The notes under the pieces were generated by a model, which was not told where the DNA came from, did no database searches, and was given only the letters and a program-made list of their open reading frames with translations. Shown piece after piece: positions 20,557 to 30,284 of a DNA stretch of 64,000 bases. Source of the stretch: Lentisphaeria bacterium (GTDB lineage Bacteria; Verrucomicrobiota; Lentisphaeria; Oligosphaerales; MVZH01); the NCBI GenBank assembly GCA_032251435.1, contig JAVVEH010000024.1, positions 1,919-65,918 of the forward strand. Direction: 5' to 3'. Made by a program: the position numbers and the translations under genes. Position 1 is the first letter of the stretch; each line of letters starts with the position of its first letter.

Positions 20557-20844
20557 TCACCCGCGGTCGATCAAGCGGATCAAGTCCGCCACCTGCCGAT
20601 GTTCCTCCATGGGGTGGCGCAAATTTTTTTCCGGATGCGTGACATACACATTGCATCGACCATCCCGTCTCACATCCACAAAGCCGGCTTCGATCAAATC
20701 GGAGACAATGCGATGCACCGCCCGTTCGGTGATCCCGACTCCGTCGGCGATATCCCGCAACCGGCAATCCGGATCTTGAGCGATGCGCAAAAGCACATGG
20801 GCGTGATTGGTCAAAAAGGTCCAGTTTGATCGGGTGTCGGTCAT
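20557..20844 (-). CDS. Small winged-helix transcriptional regulator
   Basis: WTFLTNHAHVLL...RLRDIADGVGITERAVHRIVSDL...RDGRCNVY; directly upstream of the MFS gene. Confidence 0.85.
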   Translation of the reverse strand: MTDTRSNWTFLTNHAHVLLRIAQDPDCRLRDIADGVGITERAVHRIVSDLIEAGFVDVRRDGRCNVYVTHPEKNLRHPMEEHRQVADLIRLIDRG

Positions 20845-20916
20845 GTGAACATCCTGTCGCCGTCAGGTTTCGGTTTGTCCGGATAATATAATGATTCAAT
20901 TTTCAAGAATCAAATT

Positions 20917-20936
20917 ACATGAATAACATTTCATGT
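20917..20936. promoter_or_regulatory. Inverted-repeat operator candidate
   Basis: Perfect ACATGAA-N6-TTCATGT upstream of the wHTH gene; a second IR, TGATTC-N9-GAATCA, at 20892-20912. Confidence 0.55.
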
Positions 20937-21074
20937 GTTCAGCCGGCAGTCGTCAAAAATATCGTTCCAAGGTGTTGTTCCTGACTTGCAATACCAGCAT
21001 GGTTTATTATCGTAGGGAAAAAGCGGGGTTTGGTTTTCACGCCGCTTTTTCAAATTTGACTAACAGCCATCTCT

Positions 21075-21112
21075 CATCCGCCGGTGAGTTCGCCTTTGGC
21101 GGATGGTTTTTT
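21075..21112 (+). terminator. Terminator-like hairpin in the hemerythrin leader
   Basis: CATCCGCC...GGCGGATG stem followed by G-TTTTTT, 14 nt before the ATG. Confidence 0.5.
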
Positions 21113-21126
21113 ATAGAGGGGGAAAT

Positions 21127-21546
21127 ATGAGCGTTTACAGCCTTACAGAAGAGACATTGACCGGCATTCCGGCCATTGATGAGCAGCATCAGGAATGGCT
21201 GACTCATTTGGACGCGGTGTTGACTATCGCTGAACGGGATGAACCCATTGAGGAGGTGGCTCGGACGCTGAAGTTTTTGGTGGCGTATACTGTTGAGCAT
21301 TTTTCCACCGAGGAAACGTGCATGGTTCACCACCATTATGCCGGCTACGCGGCGCATAAAGCGGCGCACGAAAGACTGGTTCAGTCATTACTTGATTTGC
21401 TCGATACCTATCAACGCCATGGGACTGTCGGCACGGTGACAGACGGGTTGAAGACGTTCATGGAGGGCTGGTTTGCCGATCACATCCAGAAAATGGATAA
21501 AGCGTTAGCGCTGTTTTTACAGGAAAACGGATTTTCCGACCTTTAG
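21127..21546 (+). CDS. Bacteriohemerythrin
   Basis: TGIPAIDEQH, EHFSTEE, HKAAH, DHIQKMD di-iron ligand pattern; GAGGGG SD. Confidence 0.92.
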   Translation: MSVYSLTEETLTGIPAIDEQHQEWLTHLDAVLTIAERDEPIEEVARTLKFLVAYTVEHFSTEETCMVHHHYAGYAAHKAAHERLVQSLLDLLDTYQRHGTVGTVTDGLKTFMEGWFADHIQKMDKALALFLQENGFSDL

Positions 21547-21552
21547 CCTGGA

Positions 21553-21573
21553 TTATTCACGCGGCGTGAATAA
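21553..21573. terminator. Hairpin between convergent genes
   Basis: TTATTCACG-CGG-CGTGAATAA between the hemerythrin and Mur-fusion stop codons. Confidence 0.5.
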
Positions 21574-21579
21574 ATCAGC

Positions 21580-24500
21580 TTAACGCGCCATGGCACCCGG
21601 TAGAGCGCCTTTCACTAACCGCGCGCAGAGTTCGACAAAGGTGATACCCGCTTCCGCCGCGGCCTTGGGAAGCAGGCTGCTGGGAGTGAATCCGGGAATG
21701 GAATTGCCTTCGAGACAGTGTGGAATGTCACTGCCGTCAACAATGAAATCCACCCGCAGAAGATCCTTGGCGCCGATGGCCTGATAAAACGCCAGCGCGT
21801 ATTCCGTGGCCAGCCTCTGGGCTTTGGCGGAAACACTCTTCGGGGGACACAGATACTCGGTGTGTCCATGGATGTGATCATATTTCGCATCGTAATCAAA
21901 GACGCGTCCTGCCGGTGGAATGATTTCACAGACGGGGAGGGGGGTTCCCTGCAGAATTCCCACGGTGATTTCTATCCCCGGGATAAATCGCTCCACCAGC
22001 GCGGCGGTGTCTACGGCCAGGGCCTCACTCAGCGCCCGCCGCCAGGCCCCGGGATCCGGACAATCCAGCTTGGTCATGCCGACGCTGGACCCCTGGGCGT
22101 CCGGTTTGACAATGACGGGGAAGGGGAAATCAGCCGGCGCGGGGGTGTCCGGAGACGTGACACGGAGCCATTGGGCTGTCGGAATATGCCGCTGTTTTAA
22201 CATCGCTTTTGTTTCACTTTTAACCATGGCGACGCGGCTGGCTTCCGAGCCGCTGCCGACAAATGGCCAGCCCGCGTTCTCCAGAAGTTTCTGCAACTGG
22301 CCGTCCTCGCCAAAGGTGCCGTGCAGAACCGGGAAAACCACATCGGTGTCCCGTGGAATCCGGGGCAATTCGGCGGTTTGAACATCCACTTCATGGACGA
22401 TGAGTCCGGCCTCCCGCAAGGCGTCCGCCACCGCCGCGCCGGAAATGAGCGAGATGTTCCGTTCCTCGGAGGGGCCGCCTTTCAAAACGGTGATGGTCAA
22501 CGGCGCCACGCTGGCGGAAAATTGCTTCGCGGTGTCCGGATTCACAAACTCTGCCTCCAGGTTCAGGTTGACACTTGTTTTTTGGTAAACTCCCGCCCGG
22601 ATGGTGGCCGCTAATTCAAGAAAATCCTGTTCCGTCGCGCCGGGGGTTGACACTATAAAGTTGGCATGCCGGTTCGCCACTCGGCAGCCTCCGGTCAGGT
22701 GGCCTTTAAACCCGCACTGATCGATTAGTTTTCCGGCGCTGACGGTTCCGGCGTTGCGGAAAACACACCCGGCGGACCGGCCGCCAGGTTGCGTGTGTTT
22801 CCGCCAGTCTCCATGTTCCCGGAACGCGGTCTGAAAGGCGGTGGCGTCGCCACGACCTGTCATGAAACAGACTTGGCTGATGATAGCGTTTCCGGGAAGA
22901 TCACTGCCGCGGTATGTCCACGTGATGTCATCGGCTGACCGTTCAAAGGGCGCCCCGTCCGTAAAAAAACCGCTTATTTTTGAAACAATCCTGCTCATGT
23001 CAGTTTGCCCCGCCCCGGCGTTCACGCGGACGGCGCCGCCGACCGTTCCGGGTATCCATGCGAGGGGGGCGTGGGCGGGATCAAGCAATCCCTGTTCTCC
23101 GGCCATTTTCAACAGCTTCGGCAAACTGGTTCCCGCCCCGGCGACAAGGGTGTCGCCAGCGACCGCGGACTCCGCGAAGACACCTTGGCGAAGGCAGATC
23201 ACCACATCGATCATTGGCGTGTCACTGCCGACTAAATTGCTGCCATGACCTAGAAGCCGCACGGGCCAGCGCCGTTCACGCGCTGTTCTCAAAAGTGTCC
23301 GCAAGGCGGTTTCCGTTTCGGGAAACGCCAATAACGGACAGGCTTTGCCTATGCCCAAAGTCGTGCATGCGGACCAGGCGGTATCCGTGCGGATTTCACA
23401 ATCCGAAACAGTGTCCCGGAGAAATGCCGCCATACGGGTGAGTTCTTCAGTGATGAGCGCCGCTTTTAACGGAGCGATAACATCACGGACATTCCCGGCG
23501 CCAATGACGGCGAACACGGTCTTTTCGGTTCGCGCGGACTCCGTGAGGGCGTCCGCCAGCGCCTCGGGATCGCCTTCTTGAAACCGGGTCGGCGCATTCA
23601 GAATGTCCGCCGCGATCTGGCGGGCGCTGGCGGAGTCCGGATCGGCTACCCATGCCGCGAAGGTGTCGTAGATGGTGACCGCGTCCGCTGTTGAGAGTAA
23701 TTGACTGAATTGTTTCCCAAAGCGTTTGACGCGTTCAAAACGATGGGGCTGAAAGATCACATGCAGCCGGTGTCCGGGATAAGCGGCCCGCAGCCCTTCC
23801 AGGGTCATCCGCAGTTCCGTCGGATGGTGGGCGTAATCTTCGATAATGATCCGTCGGGTGTCTGGTGACGAGTGGTGGACCGTCATGCGCCGCCCCACGC
23901 CGGGAAATGTTTTGAGCGCCTGAATGGCCGCTTCGCGGTCGATGCCCCCCCGGGTGGCGAGTTCAATGGCCATGGCGGCGTTGATGAGGTTATGGGCGCC
24001 CGGTATGGCGAGCTGGAGTGAGTCGGGAATGGACCGCTCATCAATAAAGGCCGCGGACTCCACGGATCGCAGCACCCGCCGGGTTTCATCTGACGCCCAG
24101 GCGACCACGCCGCCGGCGTTGCCCGCGAACGCCGCGAAACAGTTTTCCAAGGCGTCTTGCCCGCCGACGCTCCAGCAGTGGTCGTCGTCGATATTTAAAA
24201 CCGCGGCGATGGTGCTGGATATAAGGGCTTGGGTTCCGTCACTCTCATCGACCTCCGTGATAAGAATCCGTCTGTCGCCGACGCTGGCGGGGCCGTTCCA
24301 GCCAGGCACTTCGCCGCCGATAAGAAATCCCGGTTTGCGGTGGGTTTCGCGGAAAATATGGGCCACCATGGCGGTGGTGGTTGTTTTGCCATGGGATCCG
24401 GCGATGGCGATAACGGTGGGAAATAATTGGGCGAGTTCGGCGAGAAATTCCCCGCGGCGGACAGTGCGGACCCCGCGGGCCTCAGCCACGTGCCGTTCAG

Positions 24501-24762
24501 GATTCTCCGCGGGAACCGCGCTGGAGAAAACGAGTAAATCCGTGTCTGGAGGAACATGCTCCGCGGCATGGCCGAAAGCGATCGCCGCGCCCCGAATCCG
24601 TAACCGGCGGGTCGCCGCGGATTCCGCGGTGTCTGACCCGGACACGCGGACTCCCAGATCCAGTGACATCGCGGCCAGACCTGACATGCCCGCCCCACCG
24701 ATGCCGACAAAATGGATGTGATCGGGGAGGGGGGCGGTTGTCGTCTTCTTGTCACTAATCAT
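21580..24762 (-). CDS. murC-murB-ddl: Triple fusion of MurC (UDP-MurNAc-L-Ala ligase), MurB (UDP-GlcNAc-enolpyruvate reductase) and D-Ala-D-Ala ligase
   Basis: One open frame. MurC: HFVGIGGAGMS, GSHGKTTT, EVDESD, DYAHHPTE, FQPHR, GAGNV. MurB: TTLGIG, GHGSN, IPGTVGGAVRVNAG, SAGCVFRN, HANF. Ddl: GGPSEER, LHGTFGEDG, GSSVG, YDAKY, RVDF, EGNSIPG. Start taken at MISDKK (24762). Confidence 0.93.
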   Translation of the reverse strand: MISDKKTTTAPLPDHIHFVGIGGAGMSGLAAMSLDLGVRVSGSDTAESAATRRLRIRGAAIAFGHAAEHVPPDTDLLVFSSAVPAENPERHVAEARGVRTVRRGEFLAELAQLFPTVIAIAGSHGKTTTTAMVAHIFRETHRKPGFLIGGEVPGWNGPASVGDRRILITEVDESDGTQALISSTIAAVLNIDDDHCWSVGGQDALENCFAAFAGNAGGVVAWASDETRRVLRSVESAAFIDERSIPDSLQLAIPGAHNLINAAMAIELATRGGIDREAAIQALKTFPGVGRRMTVHHSSPDTRRIIIEDYAHHPTELRMTLEGLRAAYPGHRLHVIFQPHRFERVKRFGKQFSQLLSTADAVTIYDTFAAWVADPDSASARQIAADILNAPTRFQEGDPEALADALTESARTEKTVFAVIGAGNVRDVIAPLKAALITEELTRMAAFLRDTVSDCEIRTDTAWSACTTLGIGKACPLLAFPETETALRTLLRTARERRWPVRLLGHGSNLVGSDTPMIDVVICLRQGVFAESAVAGDTLVAGAGTSLPKLLKMAGEQGLLDPAHAPLAWIPGTVGGAVRVNAGAGQTDMSRIVSKISGFFTDGAPFERSADDITWTYRGSDLPGNAIISQVCFMTGRGDATAFQTAFREHGDWRKHTQPGGRSAGCVFRNAGTVSAGKLIDQCGFKGHLTGGCRVANRHANFIVSTPGATEQDFLELAATIRAGVYQKTSVNLNLEAEFVNPDTAKQFSASVAPLTITVLKGGPSEERNISLISGAAVADALREAGLIVHEVDVQTAELPRIPRDTDVVFPVLHGTFGEDGQLQKLLENAGWPFVGSGSEASRVAMVKSETKAMLKQRHIPTAQWLRVTSPDTPAPADFPFPVIVKPDAQGSSVGMTKLDCPDPGAWRRALSEALAVDTAALVERFIPGIEITVGILQGTPLPVCEIIPPAGRVFDYDAKYDHIHGHTEYLCPPKSVSAKAQRLATEYALAFYQAIGAKDLLRVDFIVDGSDIPHCLEGNSIPGFTPSSLLPKAAAEAGITFVELCARLVKGALPGAMAR

Positions 24763-24941
24763 GGACACTTCGGGATGATGAGGGTGAGTGATGAAAAAGC
24801 TGCTTACTGTACCTTTCGGGATTGTTTTTACCATTTTTTTTTGGGCGCTGACGGCGGGAAAATGTTTGGAAATGAGTGAATCGGTGTTAAACTGACCCAC
24901 TGTGTCTGTGATCTCTAAATTCACCAACAGGAGCCTGGCTC

Positions 24942-26024
24942 ATGACGCACAAAGAACGGATGCTGAAAACCCTGAATAACGAGCGTGTGGATTTACTTCC
25001 CTGGGGGGATGGTTTATGGGGGGAAACGGTGAGAAAATATGTCAAGGGAGGGATGGCCGCGGAAGGGTTTGACCCGGTGCTGGAATTTGATATGAGCTGG
25101 CGGCGCGGCGGCTGGTTGAATTCCGGGGCGGATTTGGAAGCTGTGGATGAGATTCTGGAGGAAACCGAAGACACCAAATTGATCAAAAACAACAACGGGG
25201 CGATCATGCGGGTGTGGAAAACGCAGTCAGGGACTCCGGAACACGTCGATTTCACTGTTCAGGACCGGGGCGGTTGGGAAAAACTGATTAAACCGCATCT
25301 GCTTGATCTGGACCGTCGCCGAATTCCCTTCGCGGGATACCGGGAGGGCAAAGCGAAGGCCGCCGCCGAAGGCCGCGCCTTTTGCTGGAGTGGTGTCGCC
25401 CCATTTGAACAGATACATCCCGTCTGCGGCCATGAATACATGCTGATGGGAATGGCGCTGGATCCGGAGTGGGTGACCGATATGGTCGACACCTACGCTG
25501 ATATGACGATTCGTCACTTGGAGGTTTTATTCGCTGAAGAAGGGCTGCCGGATTTCGTCTGGTTTTACGAGGATATGGGATTTAAAGAACGCCCCTTCAT
25601 GTCGCCGGCTATGTACGAGGACATTGTCATGCCTGGCCACAAAAAGCTCTTTGATTACGCCCATAGCAAGGGGTTGAAAGTGGTTGTCCATTCCTGTGGA
25701 TTTGTCGAACCCTTAGTGCCCGGTCTGGTCCGGGCCGGTATGGACTGCCTCCAGGCCATGGAAGTGAAAGCGGGCATGAATATGCCCCGTATCGCTGAAA
25801 CCTACGGCGGACAGATCGCTTTCTGCGGCAATATCGACATTCGGATCATCGCCAGCAATGACCGGGCCGCGATTGACGCGGAACTGGAGAAAAAAGTGTT
25901 GCCCGTCTTGGAAAAAGGCAGTGGCTTTATTGTTCATTCAGACCACTCAATTCCCCCGGAAGTCGATTATGACACGCTGAAATACTTTTTTGAGGCGGGA
26001 GCGAAGCTGGCTCAACGGGTATAG
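24942..26024 (+). CDS. URO-D/methyltransferase superfamily protein (second paralog)
   Basis: MTHKER..., YEDMGFK, FMSPAMY, HSCG, GNID, HSDHSIPP. Confidence 0.82.
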   Translation: MTHKERMLKTLNNERVDLLPWGDGLWGETVRKYVKGGMAAEGFDPVLEFDMSWRRGGWLNSGADLEAVDEILEETEDTKLIKNNNGAIMRVWKTQSGTPEHVDFTVQDRGGWEKLIKPHLLDLDRRRIPFAGYREGKAKAAAEGRAFCWSGVAPFEQIHPVCGHEYMLMGMALDPEWVTDMVDTYADMTIRHLEVLFAEEGLPDFVWFYEDMGFKERPFMSPAMYEDIVMPGHKKLFDYAHSKGLKVVVHSCGFVEPLVPGLVRAGMDCLQAMEVKAGMNMPRIAETYGGQIAFCGNIDIRIIASNDRAAIDAELEKKVLPVLEKGSGFIVHSDHSIPPEVDYDTLKYFFEAGAKLAQRV

Positions 26025-26133
26025 AGCGGGGACAAGGGAGAACGCGTAAGGACACATCAGCTCCCATGGGGGGGGGGTGACATCACCCGCACCCGCCCCC
26101 CTTTCCTGATTCCAGGCCCGGCAGCTTAATGGC

Positions 26134-26646
26134 TTAAACACGAATCTTTTTAATATCTTCCTTGATTCTATTCAAATCGGCGATCCAGTCTTCGATATCC
26201 TGTTCGTGTTCGAGTTCTTCATTGAGGATGTTAGTGGCCATCTGGTGGGTGGTGTGGTCTTTGCCGTTGGTGAAATCAGCGATGCCCTTGTAGCGTTTGA
26301 TGGCGCAGCGTTCTCCGTTCAAATTCTGGGTGAGAATGACTTCGGTATAGGGATCTTCCGGCGCCTCATACGCGCACTGACTGAGCTTCATCCAGTCGGC
26401 GGGAGTCAGCACCGGGGTGCCGCCCAGTTGGATGATCCGGTTGACCACCATCACGGCATGGTTGAGTTCCTGGTCAGCGTGCAACAGCAGTTCCGGTTCA
26501 ATCTCGCTGCGCATGGGCCCTTCCATCATGCGGGCTCCGATCCAATACTGGTAGTAAGCCAGCCACTCTTCGGCGAGAGCCTCGTTGAGCATCTGGATCA
26601 GTTCCTGTGAATCGACACCGAGTATTTCGAGTCCTTGTTTACCCAT
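26134..26646 (-). CDS. Ferritin-like DPSL/bacterioferritin-related protein
   Basis: ALAEEWLAYYQY, ELNHA, RIIQLGG, ERCAI, EELEHE di-iron motifs. Confidence 0.87.
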   Translation of the reverse strand: MGKQGLEILGVDSQELIQMLNEALAEEWLAYYQYWIGARMMEGPMRSEIEPELLLHADQELNHAVMVVNRIIQLGGTPVLTPADWMKLSQCAYEAPEDPYTEVILTQNLNGERCAIKRYKGIADFTNGKDHTTHQMATNILNEELEHEQDIEDWIADLNRIKEDIKKIRV

Positions 26647-26886
26647 ATTAAACACCATATGTTTTGTTTGTCGGATGGCGGAGAGCGAAGAAAGCGTATG
26701 CGTCTCCGCGGCGATTGGCTGGCGGCTCCGGAATCATGCCGGACACCACCGCGTCTAATATTCCCCGAAAATATCACTCGTCAAGCGCGTCATCGGCCTT
26801 TTTCAGATTCCGCGTCTTTTTGTTCTTTTCCGCCTGGCTTGAGAAAAAAGAGTTGTGACGGCAATGGAACCGTTCGAATGGGACCA

Positions 26887-27456
26887 TTATTTTTGGCGCC
26901 CTTCAATGGCGCAGAGAAGAATGCCGGCGGCCATGAGGAGATCCCGGTGAGCGTCATCGTGGTGATGGAATGTCACCGTCATTTTCATCACGAAGGGGTT
27001 GAAGTGCTGTTTGAAAACACAGACCTTCTCACCGCCGAGTTGACAATCAAATGACTGAGGCACCAAGTTGCATAGAAATCGCCGGACAAGCGCCAGGCCG
27101 GCGTTGTCTTCGGTAATCAAGCCGATTTTTCGATTTTGCGTGTCAAGAATAAACCATTCGTCCTTGATAATGGACTTGAGCCCTTTGCGCTGCAGGGCGC
27201 CGACGGGCGCCCCGTTGGCGGACACGTCATATGTGGCGGCGAAATCAATCACATGACGCGCTTGAATGCTGAAGATTTCCTTTTGCATGTCTTCACTTTC
27301 GTACATGCGTAAATCCTCTTTAAGTTTAAAGGCCTTCATTTTGGTGTAGCCCACGACCCGTCCGGCCGCGTCATAAATATGAAAGGCGCCGCCAAAAAGT
27401 TTGAAAATTTTACGTCGGATGGTGTAGCGGTCTTCTTGGAAGTAACTCATGTCCAT
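26887..27456 (-). CDS. LURP-one/scramblase-like (tubby C-terminal-like) protein
   Basis: YTIRRKIFKLFGGAFHIYD, KAFKLKED, IDFAATYDV; ends ...LLCAIEGRQ. Confidence 0.7.
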   Translation of the reverse strand: MDMSYFQEDRYTIRRKIFKLFGGAFHIYDAAGRVVGYTKMKAFKLKEDLRMYESEDMQKEIFSIQARHVIDFAATYDVSANGAPVGALQRKGLKSIIKDEWFILDTQNRKIGLITEDNAGLALVRRFLCNLVPQSFDCQLGGEKVCVFKQHFNPFVMKMTVTFHHHDDAHRDLLMAAGILLCAIEGRQK

Positions 27457-27843
27457 GGTCTTTCTGGGTGTTGCTGACGACTCAAAAAAAAGTAATACGG
27501 GGCGCGGGAACTATACTCATGGATTGCCGCCGCCGCAACCCGTCTCTCCGGTTGCAACTACGACCCCATCGACGGCCTGGATTACATCGAGGAAAAAGAC
27601 ATTGATGTAGTGATTGCGGATGCGCGCGGAGAACGGAGGACAGCCTCCGGCGCCAACGCGAAAATGCCGCCTGGGCAGAGACCGAAGAACTCTCGCCGGC
27701 ATTCGTCTGTATTCTTTGCTTACGACTCCTCCTACGACACAGTCATCGTCGTAGTTGTCGTTCCATGTGACCTGAAAAGTGGGTGTGCCCCGTTTTTTCG
27801 GTACGGACAACTCCCGCTCGGGTTGGTTGACATTTTTCACTAT

Positions 27844-27879
27844 AAAAAAGCCCTCCCGATGGCTATCCATGGGAGGGCT
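27844..27879 (-). terminator. Rho-independent terminator of the PEP-CTERM gene
   Basis: Minus strand AGCCCTCCC...GGGAGGGCT followed by a T run, 30 nt after the stop. Confidence 0.8.
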
Positions 27880-27909
27880 GGAGAGGGATTTTTGAAAGCT
27901 CTGTTTTCC

Positions 27910-28611
27910 TTAGTACCGCCGCCGACGGCGGAAGCAAACCCCCATCAGACCGAGACCGGCTAGGATGGCGGTGGTTGGTTCGGGGATTGAGGTCCCCTGA
28001 AAAGCGATATTGTCAATAAACTTCGATGAGTTGCTTCCGCCTGTCGTTGTGAAGGTGAATACGGCGGATTCTCCGTCAGCAAGTCGTATGTCGGTGAGGA
28101 AACTGGCGAGCGTGTAGTCGTAGTCGGTGTAATCGAAAGCCCCGTCGTTATAGCCAATGAAAGGGACGGTGGGTACGGTGGCGATCGTGGTAGAAGCAGG
28201 CCCCAACCCACCGCTGGTATACACAAGCGTGAATCCAGTTCCGGCTTCACGCACTTCGTAATCGAAATGTAGCGAATTGATAGTGTAGTCTGTGCCTGTG
28301 CTGTTGGTCAGGGTGAAAGTCGCCGTGGGGAAACCTGCGCTAACGCGTATACCTCTGGTGTTGGCCGTGGAGGCTCCGCCCACCGTTCCTCCAAATGTTC
28401 CATCGTTGGAGTAGTAACTACCAGAAGTCGTAAATGCGGGACCAGTGATCGTTGCAGTGAAGCCTGAGAGGGTCGCATCGGCTTGGTAGCCGCCAGTTGC
28501 GTTACTGTCATTATAAGTATCCCATTTTGCGAGGATTGCGGCGTTGACTGTGCTGATAAGGCAGAATCCGACACTGAGGCTCAGGGTAGCGGCAAATAAA
28601 CGAGTTTTCAT
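27910..28611 (-). CDS. PEP-CTERM sorting-signal exported protein
   Basis: N-terminal signal peptide (..VNA/A), Thr/Ser/Gly-rich body, C-terminal IPEP-TM-RRRRR. Confidence 0.92.
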   Translation of the reverse strand: MKTRLFAATLSLSVGFCLISTVNAAILAKWDTYNDSNATGGYQADATLSGFTATITGPAFTTSGSYYSNDGTFGGTVGGASTANTRGIRVSAGFPTATFTLTNSTGTDYTINSLHFDYEVREAGTGFTLVYTSGGLGPASTTIATVPTVPFIGYNDGAFDYTDYDYTLASFLTDIRLADGESAVFTFTTTGGSNSSKFIDNIAFQGTSIPEPTTAILAGLGLMGVCFRRRRRY

Positions 28612-28852
28612 TGCAAATCTCCTAGGTCAACTTTCGGTTTGTGGGTGCGGTATGTGTTTTAATGAGGGTCGCGAAGAATTTGTTTCGGATTCCAAAATAA
28701 TGGGGTCCTGAAATAAAAAAATCGAGCGGCCGCGCGTATGATGTGAAATCACTGAAAGAACCATTTATGAATTGTCAATGCTCTGAACATACTTGAAACG
28801 CAGTCGGGATTCAATGCGTTTTTACGCAAACTCTTTCTTAATTGCGCAAAAG

Positions 28853-28861
28853 TGGTATAGT
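28853..28861 (+). promoter_or_regulatory. Extended -10 promoter, possibly giving a leaderless mRNA
   Basis: TG-G-TATAGT ends 6 nt before ATG 28868; no SD visible. Confidence 0.5.
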
Positions 28862-28867
28862 AGTCGG

Positions 28868-30037
28868 ATGAAGACTCATTCATCATCGCGTCGAATAGCC
28901 CTGTTCACTCCAACGGGTATGCACTATGAATATGATCCCCACATTCTCCGCGGGGTTCTGGCTTTCCTGGACCAGGTGGATAACTGGCGTTTCATCCGGG
29001 CGGGGACTCTTCCCTACATTGAGGCGAAAGATCTCGACCCGGGCCGGGTGGATGGAATGCTTGGTCGCTTTGTCGATATGGATTGGGCGGAAGTCGTGGC
29101 AAAAAGCGGGGTGCCGGCGGTCAATTTCTCCAGCTGTCTTGAAGAAGTGCCGCAGGCGAGCGTTGTGAGCGACGATGCCGCGATTGGCCGACTGGGGGGC
29201 GAACATTTCCTTGAGCGGGGCTTTGACCGGTTCGGTTTCGTTTCCCTGACGGCAAACTGGTATTCGCGGTGTCGGCTGGCGGCCTTTAGGAACGTCGTTG
29301 AAAATAGGGCGGGTTGCACCTGTGATGTGCTGGAAGTGTCGTCGGCAAACTCGGATGAAACAACGACGGCATTGCGGAACTGGCTGTCCGGAATCAAAAA
29401 ACCAATGGCTGTCATGGCGGTTACTGATATGGTGGGGTGCCAGGTTATCAACATGGCCATTGAACTTGGGCTGCGCGTCCCCGATGATGTGGCGGTGCTG
29501 GGTGTCGACCATGATCAGTGGGCTGCCGTGCTGGCTGATATTCCGCTTTCCACCATCGAGGTGGACAAGTACACAATCGGCTATCGTGCCGCGCAAGTAC
29601 TTGTGAACTTGATGGACGGTGAATCACCGCCGCCGACACAGCGGATCAAGCCAGTCGGTCTCATTCAACGACGCAGTACCGATATCATGCTGGCCCAGAC
29701 AAAAGTGGCGACTGACGCGCTGCGTTTTATCCGCGAATATTGTACCGAGGGGATTGAGGTCGGTGACATCGTGGATCACCTGCTCGTATCGCGTCGCAGC
29801 CTCGAAATGCATCTCAAGAAAGCCGTCGGCCTGACACCGCGTCAGGCCATTCAGCGCGCGCGGATTGAAAAAGTCAAAGCCATGCTGATCAATAGTGACA
29901 TGACCATTAAAGAAATCGCCCACGCATGCGGTTTCCGCCAGCCCCCCCGTTTAAATATTGTGTTCAGAAGGCTCACCGGCATGACACCGGGATCGTATCG
30001 ACAAATCCGAAACAGATTGGTAAAAGGCAACTATTAA
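28868..30037 (+). CDS. XylR-type regulator (LacI-like sugar-binding domain plus AraC HTH)
   Basis: SDDAAIG...HFLERG, VPDDVAVLGVD, LSTI, RRSTD, C-terminal IAHACGF...FRRLTGMTPGSYR. Confidence 0.9.
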   Translation: MKTHSSSRRIALFTPTGMHYEYDPHILRGVLAFLDQVDNWRFIRAGTLPYIEAKDLDPGRVDGMLGRFVDMDWAEVVAKSGVPAVNFSSCLEEVPQASVVSDDAAIGRLGGEHFLERGFDRFGFVSLTANWYSRCRLAAFRNVVENRAGCTCDVLEVSSANSDETTTALRNWLSGIKKPMAVMAVTDMVGCQVINMAIELGLRVPDDVAVLGVDHDQWAAVLADIPLSTIEVDKYTIGYRAAQVLVNLMDGESPPPTQRIKPVGLIQRRSTDIMLAQTKVATDALRFIREYCTEGIEVGDIVDHLLVSRRSLEMHLKKAVGLTPRQAIQRARIEKVKAMLINSDMTIKEIAHACGFRQPPRLNIVFRRLTGMTPGSYRQIRNRLVKGNY

Positions 30038-30284
30038 GCCGGGTTGACTGGTCGGCCACGGATTGACCTCACATTTTCTTGTAAAAGCGTCAATCCCCTC
30101 ACATTGCGGAACCCCCTGACCGCCTGTAAGTTAAGCCATGGTTTGCCCGATTTCCCAACCTCCTGACGTATCACTACGACGGCGAACCGAATCCCAAACC
30201 GTGTTGGCGGAAGTTTTTTTCGTCACTTACGTCGGCGTTTATCACCGCCCGGATTCAGGGTGTCAGTGAACAGGAGCCTGAACA

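Noticed and set aside
19346..20899. 517-aa MFS as given by the ORF track
   Set aside because: The N-terminal extension overlaps the wHTH gene in another frame; the better start with an SD is 20539.
26068..26077. G10 tract as a phase-variation switch
   Set aside because: It lies between convergent stop codons, so it affects neither a reading frame nor an evident promoter.
27500..27800. ORFs or gene remnant (..CNYDPIDGLDYIEEKDID..) and ACGAC/GTCGT repeats
   Set aside because: No credible start or recognisable family; could be a remnant but cannot be supported.
30040..30284. c-di-GMP riboswitch or tRNA in the intergenic region
   Set aside because: An isolated GGGCAAACC on the minus strand lacks the second stem; no cloverleaf found.
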